A stretch of DNA of 64,000 nt from an uncultured Planctomycetota bacterium (lineage in GTDB: Bacteria > Planctomycetota > Planctomycetia > Pirellulales > Lacipirellulaceae), in contig CAVRBU010000002.1 of NCBI GenBank assembly GCA_963719315.1, positions 1,920,001-1,984,000 on the forward strand. The letters are read 5' to 3'. The position numbers and the translations under genes are program-made. Below are positions 42,545-52,840 of the stretch, in pieces. The notes beneath the pieces were generated by a model. The model ran no database searches. It saw only the letters and a program-made list of their open reading frames with translations, and was not told the DNA's origin. How positions within the stretch are numbered: the stretch's first letter is position 1; the number at the start of each line of letters is the position of its first letter.

Positions 42545-43993
42545 ATGCTCGACCATCTGTTGATATGGGTGAATGGTCGCCGCCACGAGGTGCGTGGCCG
42601 TGAGATGTTTCTGTCATTGTCCGATTACCTGCGCCGCGTGCAGGGCCTGGTCGGCACCAAAATCGTTTGCAGCGAGGGCGATTGCGGCGCTTGCAGCGTG
42701 CTCATCGGCCGGATAGCCGACGACGGACGTCGGCTGGTCTATCGCCCCATCGATTCGTGCATTCAATTCCTGTTTCAACTCAACGGAACGCACATCGTAA
42801 CCGTCGAGGGCTTGGGCGGCGAAACCGAGCCGAGCGCCGTTCAGCAGGCGATGATCGAGTGCCACGGTTCGCAATGCGGTTTTTGTACGCCCGGTTTTGT
42901 CGTGGCCATGACGGGTTTGCTCGAAGATCGCGACGAATTGGATGAGTCCAGCATGCGCTGCGGACTGACCGGAAATCTGTGTCGCTGCACCGGTTATTCG
43001 CCAATCATTGATGCCGGCCGACATGTCGATGTAGTACAACACCATCGCATCGAACAGCGTTATCCCAGCGCGCCGATGCTGAGCGAATTTGCGCCGCGAC
43101 AAGCACAGCCGATATCAGTTCGAGTTAAGTGGGACGGCCAGGAACATGTTTTCATATCGCCGCCCAATTTGGACGCGGCGCTCGTGATGCTGAAGGAACA
43201 TCCCGACGCTACGATCGTTGCTGGTGCGACCGATATCGGCGTACGAATCAACAAATCGCTCACCGTCCCGCGCAAAATACTCGATCTAAATCGCGTCGCC
43301 GAACTGGAGGGCGTGAGCATCGAGAATGGTGAATTGGTGCTGGGCGCGCGGGCCAGTTGGACGGCAATCGAAGAAATTTGCAAAGCCGCCGCGCCGGAGT
43401 TTCACAAGATCGTGGCTGTTTTTGGCGCTCCGCAGATTCGGCATGTCGGCACGATCGGCGGGAACATCGCCAACGCTTCGCCGATCGCCGATTCGCTGCC
43501 ATTCCTGTACGTCATGGAAGCGATGCTCGAACTCCGCAGCGCTGCCGGCTCGCGCGAGGTGAACATCAACGAGTTTTACGAAGGCTACAAGAAGTTTGAT
43601 CTGCGTCCGGGCGAGTTGATCGCCCACGTGCGAATTCCATTACTCACGAACGACGATCTACTGCGTCTCTACAAAGTATCGCGGCGGCGAGACCTCGACA
43701 TCGCCACATTTACCGCCGCGATTCGCGTGCGGCTGACAGGCGACACAATCGCCGACGCGGCGATCGCGTTCGGGGCCGTCGGTCCCACGGTCCTCCGAGC
43801 CCGCAATACGGAAGCTTTTTTGTGCGGTCGCCCATTCGATGAGGAAACCTTGCGCGAGGCTGGCGACATCGCGGTCGCCGAGATCACGCCAATCAGCGAT
43901 GTCCGCGGTGCGGCCGACTTCCGATTCCAACTGACGCGAAACGTGTTATTGAAGTTCTTCCACGAAACACAAATGGTGGCGGTGCCGGTCTAG
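42545..43993 (+). CDS. xdhA: xanthine dehydrogenase small subunit (2x[2Fe-2S] plus FAD)
   Basis: GTKIVCSEGDCGAC, QCGFCTPG, GNLCRCTGY, AGATD, TIGGNIANASPIAD, YKVSRRRDLDI. Confidence 0.93.
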   Translation: MLDHLLIWVNGRRHEVRGREMFLSLSDYLRRVQGLVGTKIVCSEGDCGACSVLIGRIADDGRRLVYRPIDSCIQFLFQLNGTHIVTVEGLGGETEPSAVQQAMIECHGSQCGFCTPGFVVAMTGLLEDRDELDESSMRCGLTGNLCRCTGYSPIIDAGRHVDVVQHHRIEQRYPSAPMLSEFAPRQAQPISVRVKWDGQEHVFISPPNLDAALVMLKEHPDATIVAGATDIGVRINKSLTVPRKILDLNRVAELEGVSIENGELVLGARASWTAIEEICKAAAPEFHKIVAVFGAPQIRHVGTIGGNIANASPIADSLPFLYVMEAMLELRSAAGSREVNINEFYEGYKKFDLRPGELIAHVRIPLLTNDDLLRLYKVSRRRDLDIATFTAAIRVRLTGDTIADAAIAFGAVGPTVLRARNTEAFLCGRPFDEETLREAGDIAVAEITPISDVRGAADFRFQLTRNVLLKFFHETQMVAVPV

Positions 43994-44008
43994 TATGGAG
44001 CAAGTGAT

Positions 44009-46368
44009 ATGCCATCGGTAGGCAAACCAATTCCACACGACGCAGCTCTCGGCCATGTGACGGGCCAAGCTCCTTACATCGATGACCTGCGCCACTTGCA
44101 GGCGAGTTGCACGTGGGTTTCGTGGGCAGTCCGGTCGCGGCGGGACAGTTGATGGGCATCGATTCGAGCGCTGCGCTCGCGGTGCCGGGCGTTGTGGGGT
44201 GTTACACCGCCGAAGACGTGCCGGGCCGCAACATGTTCGGTGTCGTGGTCATGGACGAGCCGTTCCTCGCCAAGTGCGAGCTCCTTTACCTCGGCCAACC
44301 CGTGGCTGTAGTTGCGGCCGAATCTCCAGCCGCACTCGAAATAGCGCGCAAAGTCGTACGCGTCGATTGCCGTGCTGCCGAGCCTCTGCTCGATCTCGGA
44401 GAATCGATCCGGCGGAAGAAGTTCATTGGTCCAATGCGCCGAATTTCCCGCGGCGATGTTGACGAGCAATTGGCCGAGGCCGCGCACCGGTTCGGCGGCA
44501 CATTTACCAGCGGCGGGCAGGAACAGTTCTATCTCGAATCGCAAGCAGCTATCGCCTACCCGGGCGAGCAGGGGCAGATGCTCGTTCATTCCTCGACACA
44601 GAATCCCACCGAAATTCAGGCGCTCGTCGCCGAGATGCTCGGCGTCGGGCAACACGAAGTGGTGTGCGTCTGCAAGCGGATGGGCGGAGCGTTCGGCGGC
44701 AAGGAGTCGCAGGCCGCCATCCCGGCGATGATGGCCGCCCTCGTGGCTCACAAGACCGGCCGGTCTGCGCGCGTCATCTACAACAAAGATGATGACATGC
44801 GCGTCACCGGCAAGCGGCACAAATACCACAGCAAGTGGGAAGTCGGCTTTGGCGATGATGGACGAATTCAAGCGCTCCGCGTGGCCTTCTACTCCAACGG
44901 GGGTATTTCAACCGATCTGTCGCTGGCCGTGATGGAGCGGACATTGCTCCACACCGACAATTGTTACTTCCTGCCAAACGTTGAACTCACCGGCCAGGTC
45001 TGCTTCACGAACCTGCCGTCGAACACAGCCTTTCGTGGCTTCGGCGGCCCGCAGGCAATGGTCGTCATCGAAAATATTTTGGAAGCGATCGCCGAGCACA
45101 CGGGCCTCGACGCCTTCGAAGTGCGGATGCGAAACCTGTACGGCGTCGGTGAGCGAAACGTCACGCCATACGGCCAGTTGTTTGACAAAAATCATTTGCC
45201 CGAGATTTTCGCGACACTTGCAGCTCGTTCGCAATATCGCAAGCGCCGCGATGAAATTAGACTGTTCAATAATCAGTCTCGCACGCACGTTCGCGGTCTG
45301 GCGATGACCGGCGTAAAGTTCGGGATTTCGTTTACGACGAAGTTTCTGAACCAGGGCAATGCGCTCGTCAATATTTACACGGATGGAACGGTCCAGGTTT
45401 CGACCGGAGCGACGGAAATGGGGCAGGGAGTCAACGTAAAAATCCGGCAACTCGTTGCCGACGAATTCGGGATTGATGTCGGTAGCGTAACGCTGATGCC
45501 GACCAGTACGGAGAAAAACATCAACACATCGCCCACGGCGGCCTCGGCCGGCGCCGATCTCAATGGCGCCGCGGCAGTGAAGGCGTGCCGGTCGATCAAG
45601 CGGCGCTTGCGGCGCTTCGCCGCCGGTCGGCTGGCAGACGCCGGCGCTGGCCTCAGCCCGTCGGCCGCACACGTCCAATTTCGCCAGGGTTCAGTCTACG
45701 ACAGCCGCCGTCCCGAGCGGCGAATTGCGTTCGGTCAGCTCTGTGCCGAGGCCCGCCGCGACCGCGTCGATTTGGGCGCGCGCGGCTTTTACGCGACGCC
45801 GGGCGTCGATTTCAATCGAGAAACTGGGCAAGGCTCACCATTCTTTTATTACACGCAAGGCGCCGCCGTGGCGGAGGTGCTCGTTGATCGGTTTACTGGT
45901 GATTTGCGCGTGCCTCGGGTGGATTTGCTGATTGATATTGGCCGCTCAATCAACCCCGGCGTCGATCGCGGGCAGATCATTGGCGGGTTCATTCAGGGCA
46001 TGGGTTGGGTCACGACCGAGGCACTTGTGTACGACGCGCAGGGCGATTTGCTGTCCCACTCGCCGACGACGTACAAGATACCCGCGATTACCGACGTGCC
46101 CGAAGTGTTCAACGTCGCCACGTTCGACAACAACGACAATGTGCGCAATGTGTATCGCAGCAAGGCCGTGGGCGAGCCGCCGCTGATGTTGAGCATCGCC
46201 GTGTGGGCTGCAGCGAAGAATGCGCTCGCGTACGTATCGCTGGCTGCCGCGGCCGAACTGCAATTGCCGGCCACGGGTGAAGAAATGCTGCGGTGCCTGA
46301 CGCAGGCGAATGCAGTACCAAACCAGTCGCTGTTGGCGTCGGTGGTCGCGACGAACATCTCAGAGTAA
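44009..46368 (+). CDS. xdhB: xanthine dehydrogenase molybdopterin-binding subunit (frameshift near 44095)
   Basis: MPSVGKPIPHDAALGHVTGQAPYIDD; QEQFYLE, RMGGAFGGKESQ, TAFRGFGGPQ, TEMGQG, SKAVGEPP. Confidence 0.94.
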
Positions 46369-46427
46369 ACGCCCCAACACCAAATTCGGCCTCGCGGCCG
46401 ACGCCAATTCTCTCCGCTCACAGCCCC

Positions 46428-47237
46428 ATGCCCCCGCCGCACGGATTTGTCGAACGACTTGCCGAATTGTCGCAAACGGGTGTGCCGTTCGTGTGCGTGA
46501 CGTTGGTCGAAGCCATCGGCAGCACGCCGCAAGACGCCGGTAGCAAGATGCTGGTTACGAGCGAGGGCTTGGCAATGGGCACGGTCGGCGGCGGCCGCGT
46601 CGAGCACAAGGCGATTGAACATGCCCGCGGAATGCTTGCCAAACCCGCCGGTCATGCAGCACTCACCGAATTTGTTGAGTGGAATCTAAAGCGCGATGTT
46701 GGCATGACCTGTGGCGGCACCGTCAAGGTTTTTTTCGAAACGTACAATCACAGCGACTGGCGGATCGTGGTGTTCGGGGCTGGCCACGTCGCGAGTGAAG
46801 TCGTCGGTTGCCTCGGCCGGCTTGATTGCCATGTTACGTGCGTTGACCCACGGGCCGAATGGCTCGACCGAATTCCCGCTGCAACCCGGCTACATAAAAT
46901 CTGCTCCGCGGAGCCTCGACAACTCGTCCCGCAATTGCCGGATGATTCGTTCGTCATTTGCATGACCATGGGCCACGCAACGGATCGGCCGATCCTGGAA
47001 GAGATTTTTCGTCTGGGTCGTAAATTCCCTTTCTTGGGCGTGATCGGGAGTAAAGCGAAGCGGGCAGTGCTGCTCAAGGAATTGGCGGCCGCCGGCATAC
47101 CGGCCGACCGGGCCGAGGCGTTTCACTGCCCGATCGGCTTGGAACTCGGCACGAACCAGCCGGGCGAGATCGCGATCAGCGTCGTGGCGCAGCTAATTCA
47201 AGAGCGCGATCGCTGGCGCAGCGCCTTGAAATCGTAG
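46428..47237 (+). CDS. xdhC: xanthine dehydrogenase accessory protein
   Basis: GSTPQDAGSKM, GTVGGGRVE, GMTCGG, FGAGHV, GVIGSKAK, CPIG, EIAISVVAQL. Confidence 0.93.
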   Translation: MPPPHGFVERLAELSQTGVPFVCVTLVEAIGSTPQDAGSKMLVTSEGLAMGTVGGGRVEHKAIEHARGMLAKPAGHAALTEFVEWNLKRDVGMTCGGTVKVFFETYNHSDWRIVVFGAGHVASEVVGCLGRLDCHVTCVDPRAEWLDRIPAATRLHKICSAEPRQLVPQLPDDSFVICMTMGHATDRPILEEIFRLGRKFPFLGVIGSKAKRAVLLKELAAAGIPADRAEAFHCPIGLELGTNQPGEIAISVVAQLIQERDRWRSALKS

Positions 47238-47289
47238 TGCCGCACGCTGGGGGTTCGCCTGCAATTCGACGCCAACCACCCGATGTCGG

Positions 47290-48725
47290 TTAGGCGATAG
47301 CGCGTACTTCAAAGCCTTGGCGATACTCGCGCTTCAAGAAGGCGTTCGCCTTCTGAGCGTTCTCGCCCACGAACTTCTGTTTCTCGGCGTCGAACTCCAG
47401 GACCGGGCCGAGTTGGAATTTCGAGTGCTTGGGATCGACCGAGTTCTTTTTCAAGTGATTCTCAATGAGTTCGACCAGGTTGCCCCAAGGCTCATAGTTC
47501 TTGCGGGCAGCCATCGCTTTTTCGTGATCGTACTCGGTGCCGGCTCGTTGGGCGACGTCGGCCAGGTTGCAATAGGCGGTCGACTGATGGCCGATCTGAA
47601 TTTCGGCATTGAGCATCCTGCGATCGTGGGCGACAACCGCGTCGACGAAATTCCGCTGGTGTCCGGCTCCGGCGTCGCCCTTGAGCTTTCGAATCACTTT
47701 GCCATTGGGGTCGCGGGCCGAACCGCTGCCGCGGCCACCTTCGTAGTACCCGCCTTCGCATTGGACGACATACCCCGTGCCCACATCGTCCACTTTCAGC
47801 CCCTTCGAGTTCGGGCCGTCGGTCAGGTTGCTCAGGCCGAATAAGAGCGGGATCGAGCCGGTGTCGTAGTAAGCGAAGCAAACATTTGGAGTTTCTCCCG
47901 CGTCGTCCCATACAACGCGGCCGCCCGCCGCCGCCATACGCTTGGGGAACGGGCACTGATCGCGAAGCACGACATTCACGGCATCATCGAAGACGTGAAC
48001 GCCCCAATTGCCGAGCTCGCCGTTGCCGGTGTTCCAATCCCAATGCCAGTCGTAATGAAACTTATCGCGGTAGATCGGTTCGTCGTGCGCCGGGCCAAGC
48101 CAGAGGTTGTAATTCACGGTCTTGGGCGGTTCGAGCGGCGTCGATCGCTTGCCGATTGGCTCGCGCGGTCCAAAGCGGCAGACTTCGACGTACTTGATTT
48201 TGCCGAGTTCTTGCTTGTCGTGGAGGAATTCCTTGATTTGCGCCTGCATCGGATCGGACCGTTGCTGCGTGCCGAGTTGCACGATCCGATCGAGCTTGCG
48301 AGCCGCATTCACGACTTGCTGGCCTTCCCAATGATTGTGCGAGAGGGGCTTCTCGACATACACGTCCTTGCCGGCCTGCATGGTCAAAATGGCAGCCAGC
48401 GCGTGCCAGTGATTGCAGGTCGCGATGGCAACGGCGTCGATGTCGCGGTCGTCGAGGAGCTTACGCAGGTCGCCGTACTTTTTGGCGCCAGGGTACATGC
48501 CCGCAGTTTCGTTCAGACGTTGCTCGTCCACGTCGCATAGCGCGGCGATCCGCACATCGGAAAGGGCTTTGAAACTGGGGAGCAGCTCCTTGCTTCGACC
48601 GCCGCAACCGATGAAGCCCACGTTGACCTTTTCGTTCACGCTGCGAGCATGAAGCGGCTTTGCCAGGGGGCCGCGCCGACGGCGGCCGATTGCTGCAAGA
48701 AAAACCGACGATGAATTCGCGCCAT
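47290..48725 (-). CDS. Tat-exported Gfo/Idh/MocA oxidoreductase (frameshift near 48668 in the signal peptide)
   Basis: MARIHRRFFLQQ twin-Arg; GFIGCGGR, IATCNHWH, GKDVYVEKP, GTQQRS, WLGPA. Confidence 0.9.
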
Positions 48726-48869
48726 GGAACACCTGCCCGTTGATCTAGAGAATTGTTGCCGCCCTCTCGCGCGGCGCAGAAGACATTCAGAATACCATGC
48801 AATTCGCAGAGAAAACAACCGTCTGGCGACCTGTGGTAGCAGGACTGTAGGGTCGGAATTTTTGTAGCA

Positions 48870-48947
48870 GTAGGTTGGGTCGAGTCTGCGAGACGCACCG
48901 CTTATGCGAGATTCGTGGTGGGTCTCGCGTAGCTCGACCCACCCAAC
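48870..48947. repeat. GTAG-type REP-like palindrome
   Basis: GTAGGTTGGGTCGAG..GCGAGACGCACC-loop-GGTGGGTCTCGC..CTCGACCCACCCAAC. Confidence 0.7.
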
Positions 48948-49268
48948 AATTCGATGCCTGCGGCCCAATGCAACTCGCGGCCTGGCGTCTGGCGACTTTG
49001 GTGCGCCTGTTTAGGAGTCTGATTAGCAAAACGATTTGCGGAATGTCGGAGAATTCCAGTGCGGCCTGGGAGTATTGCGCTCGAGTGCCTTGTGCGCTGG
49101 ATTCACAACCTATTGCGGCCCAACGGGTTGGATTTTGCTCACGACGTGAAAATTTTTTTTCGCGTGCAAAAGTCCTCCTTTTTGCACGGCGGTCGGATGA
49201 CGAACCGCTGGGAATCTAGTGGTTCGGGCGTGCGAGGGACGTGCAATAATGGGCGAGTTTGCTCTCTA

Positions 49269-50446
49269 TACCCTGCGTGGGGATAAATGATCTGTTCCCG
49301 AGTAGCTGATTTGTTGTACAAGGCCCTTATGTCGCCATCGAGGAGGATGGCGTGTTGCTGGCAAGGAGGGCTGTCATGGCTTGGTTTCGAGTCCGATTGA
49401 CGGAAGAGGAACAGCGAATTGTCGCGGCCGAGCGGGAGTCTCATCCGGAGTCGCATGTCCGCCGCAAGATGCTGGTGTTGTGGTCGCTGCAGTGTGGTTT
49501 GAAGCGATCCCAGGCGGCGAAATTGGCGGGGGTCGGAGTGGCGACCGTCGGGCGGTACGTTGCGGCCTATCGTGATGGCGGGTTGGAGGGTCTGCGGCGG
49601 TGGAATGTGCAAGGGCCCGTGAGCGACTTGGCCGCCTATCGCGACGTGATCCGCGCGTCGTTCGAGAACCAGCCGGTCCGCACGACTGCGGAAGCCTGCG
49701 AACGCATTTACCAACTGACCGGCCTGCGGCGGGGACTGTCGCAAACTCGCAAGTTCCTGAAAGACATGGGACTCAAGTGGCAGCGGGTCCGGGCGCTCCC
49801 CGTGCCGCCCAAAAAAACTTGGCCCAGCATGTCGCCGCGCAGGCCCTGTTTCACGACGTCGAACTGAAGCCCCGCCTCGACGCCGCCGCCCGAGGGCGGG
49901 GACACGTCTTCTTCGTCGATGCGGCCCACTTTGTGTACGGGACGTTCCTGTGCTGCTTGTGGTCGTTCACGCGAATCTTCGTGCGGGCCGCCTCGGGCCG
50001 CCAGCGGTTCAATGTCCTGGGAGCCTGGAACGCCGTGACCCGCGAACTGGTAAGCGTGACCAACACCACGGTCGTCAACACGGAAACGATGTGCGAGCTG
50101 TTGCGGAAGATCGCTGCCCTCGGTCTGGCCGGACCGATCACGTTGGTGCTGGACAACCCTCGCTACCAACGTAACGCCGCGGTGCAAGCGTTGGCGACGC
50201 AACTGGAAATCACGCTGCTGTTCCTGCCCTCCTACTCGCCGAACCTGAACCTCATCGAACGGCTTTGGAAGTTCATCAAGCGGCGGGCCATCTATGGGCG
50301 TTACCATCCCGGATTTCAAGAGTTTCAAGCCGCCATCCAAGAAACAATCGCCGACCTCGCAACCCGCCACGCCGAACCCCTCAAATCCCTCATGACGCTC
50401 AACTTTCAGCGATTCGAAGATGTCTCATTGCTGGCCGCGTAGGGTA
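49269..50446 (+). mobile_element. complete IS630-family insertion sequence
   Basis: Ends TACCCTGCGTGG / (rc) TACCCTACGCGG; TA duplicated at 49267-68 and 50447-48. Confidence 0.92.
49376..50442 (+). CDS. IS630 transposase, two ORFs joined by a probable programmed -1 frameshift at the A7 run 49811-49817
   Basis: AGGAGG SD; HTH ORF ...VPPKK; DDE ORF FVDAAHF, LVLDN, LPSYSPNLNLIERLW. Confidence 0.92.
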
Positions 50447-50578
50447 TAAATAGCCGTTTTCTGTCCGCTTTCAGCCGTTCGCCAAACGGTTTAAGCCTTG
50501 AAAACGCGATCTATGTCGCGCGCGTTTGGTGTGGCGCGGTTGCTGTCGCCGAGGAGACCTGCGGTCGGCAGAGGTGCG

Positions 50579-50645
50579 GGGTCGGGAGACCCGCGCACAA
50601 CGGGTAGAGAGACCCCCGCACAACGGGTCAGGAGACTCGCACAAC
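50579..50645 (+). repeat. three tandem REP-like units (21-23 bp)
   Basis: GGGTCGGGAGACCCGCGCACAAC / GGGTAGAGAGACCCCCGCACAAC / GGGTCAGGAGACTCGCACAAC. Confidence 0.7.
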
Positions 50646-50942
50646 GAGCGCGCGGAGCCTGCGCAGCGTGGCCATTGGCGGCGCGCGGTCGGTTCGAGAG
50701 CACGCCGGCCGGCTAATCGCTGACGGCGTATCGCTAATAGCTACTTCTCAATTTTCAAGGAACGATCGCCGTCGCAATGCAGCGTGGTGGGACTATAGCA
50801 CAATCGAAAAAGGGATTCCACAATTATTTTTGGCCACCAAACATTAAGTCCACTGCTAAATCGCATAGCAGTTCACTTCCACTTAAACCGCCCTTTTAAA
50901 GTATCGTAACCAGTCGGAGTTATACGAATAGCCATCGGGAAA

Positions 50943-52214
50943 CTAAGATGAATAGCATTCGAGTAACTGAGGCAGGAGTGCACGAATAGCCCGCTGGCAG
51001 TCCCTTGCGGCGCCTACGTCGATGAGATCGGGATGGGCGGATCGATTGCGATAGTCAGTGACAACCTTTTCTAAGTGAGCGACAAACTCCCTTGATGTGG
51101 GAGTCTGTCCGAGCGCCGAGGTCACAAAATCCGAAAAATCCGACAATAGTGGACTTGATGCCATCGTATTGCCGCCTGGTCGTAACATCCCCAATATGCG
51201 CGCCATCGTTCCTAGTGTGTGGTCGCGATTGTCTCGTTGTATCGCTCGCGCGAATGGTCTCACGTTGTCTCGATCCAAATCTGATGCGAGGAATTTATCC
51301 ACACCGGCAATACGACTATGAAAATCATCGTGATAAGGAATGAAAATACGTTGCAGCAGTTCGTTTTCCAATGCGCGACAATACTGGAGTACGAAGGGTG
51401 ACAGATCACTTGATCCGGATTCAGTCAGCACATCGAAAAGGTGCTCAGCGGATGCTAGATATATTTGTGAGTTTGCTTGAAGACGATCCCAATCCTCCAG
51501 CCAATTCCGAACAATGCTCACGTAGTGACGATGGCTGTCATTGGCACCAAACTGTGCAGCAACCTTCTCCAAAGATGCCTGCATGCGTGCGATTTTCTCT
51601 TCGATGTTTCGGGAAGAGTTTTGTGCCGATGAGAAATCATTTCTGATCGACTGGACAACTTGATCAATCGATTGCACAACTTGATGAACTTGTTCGACAG
51701 AACTACTCAGGTCGGAGAGCCGTTCGTTTGCAGCGGCAAACTGTGCCTCGATAAATGTTTGGGTTTGCCGCCATAGCTGCTCGGCCTCGAACGCCCGAGT
51801 ACGGGCATCAGCGTGACGCGCTTGTTCCTGTTCAAGTCGGTGCCGAAGCTGCAAGGACTCCAGGCGAGCGGCCGAAAGTTCGGCGCTAAGCCGTTCGACT
51901 TCTTCTCGGCTGGCAGTTGCCAGGTTTTGAGGAGAGAGTAGCTCTGGCTGAGTGAGCGGAATAATCGGTATCCGAAATTGTCTCAATTGGTCGGCCGATA
52001 TTCGCGTGTTTCGCCCAAGCCTGCTACCCTTCATGTCGACTTGTGCGGCGAAGAGCGACCGTCCGTCGTCTGTTGCGAGATATGCCGCCAGATAATCGTT
52101 TTGGGTTCCACGGATTACTAGCACAGATTTGCCCGCAATGGCCGGAGGATCCGAATCACGATAGACGTGCACGCGCGGTTGAACGGTGCTTGCAATGATA
52201 TCACCAGGACGCAA
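50943..52214 (-). CDS. putative defence protein: restriction S-subunit(TRD)-like N-terminus, coiled coil and C-terminal HEPN-like domain; 5' end uncertain or truncated
   Basis: LLRPGDII...VLVIR...YLAAYL...IS..QL..FRIPIIPL; heptad-rich middle; YLASAEHLF...DLSP..LQYCRALENEL...TLGTM...RNRSAH; the frame stays open upstream to a stop near 52305. Confidence 0.65.
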   Translation of the reverse strand: MRPGDIIASTVQPRVHVYRDSDPPAIAGKSVLVIRGTQNDYLAAYLATDDGRSLFAAQVDMKGSRLGRNTRISADQLRQFRIPIIPLTQPELLSPQNLATASREEVERLSAELSAARLESLQLRHRLEQEQARHADARTRAFEAEQLWRQTQTFIEAQFAAANERLSDLSSSVEQVHQVVQSIDQVVQSIRNDFSSAQNSSRNIEEKIARMQASLEKVAAQFGANDSHRHYVSIVRNWLEDWDRLQANSQIYLASAEHLFDVLTESGSSDLSPFVLQYCRALENELLQRIFIPYHDDFHSRIAGVDKFLASDLDRDNVRPFARAIQRDNRDHTLGTMARILGMLRPGGNTMASSPLLSDFSDFVTSALGQTPTSREFVAHLEKVVTDYRNRSAHPDLIDVGAARDCQRAIRALLPQLLECYSS

Positions 52215-52394
52215 TAAATGTTGGATGAAACGTGGATCGTCGGGGACGCGTACAAATTCGGTGGCCGCGTCATTGTTCGATATTCCTCGTATTAGCCATT
52301 TCTGTTAGCTATCAGCCAGAGGTTGCGCGCGGTCTCCCGCCCGCTCGCGCCTTTTTGCACTAAGCTGGCCGAAGGGCCGGAACAGCGTAATACG

Positions 52395-52690
52395 CCGCGA
52401 AAATCGCGTCGTGTTAAGGGTTCGACGGTTGTGGCGAACCGCTAAATCCTGCCAGATTTCGGCTTCTTAGAGAGCAAACTCGCGTAGTATTGCACGTTCC
52501 ACGCAAGTCCAAACCACTGGATTTCCAGCGGTTGGTTGCCCGAGCGCCGCGCAAAAAGGAGGAGTTTTGCACGCGAAAAAAATTTTCCAAGCGTGCGCAC
52601 AATCGGACTCCCTTGCCTCTCAACGAATTGCGACTTCCATTACGCGAAGCCCTTCGCGCAAAACTCACTGCCGCTCGAGAACCACGAATT
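52395..52690 (+). repeat. dispersed non-coding repeat, copy R3
   Basis: TAGAGAGCAAACTCGC...TTGCACG...AACCACT.GATT.CCAGCGGTT...GCAAAAAGGAGGAGTTTTGCACGCGAAAAAAATTTT. Confidence 0.85.
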
Positions 52691-52840
52691 TTTTTGCACG
52701 GGGCCGATTTAAAGGCGCCGGGAACCGATTTTTGATTCAAGCCTACTCTCGTCGATCATACTTCGGCCAATTCTCATGTTGTTGTTGTGATTGACGAAAA
52801 GTCAGAATTGCTCGCGGTGTTCTCCGCAAATCGCGGAAAA

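Larger units (their letters stand above)
49050..50520 (-). repeat. dispersed non-coding repeat, copy R2 (inverted relative to R1/R3), interrupted by IS630
   Basis: The reverse complement aligns with 52395-52690 both left of the IS (49050-49268) and right of it (50449-50520). Confidence 0.85.

Noticed and set aside
42423..42603. C-terminal extension of rhamnulokinase overlapping xdhA
   Set aside because: Explained by a frameshift near 42377; the alternate frame ends at TGA 42420-42422
50579..50645. Possible mini-CRISPR array
   Set aside because: The units abut without unique spacers, are degenerate, and no cas genes are nearby; REP-like instead
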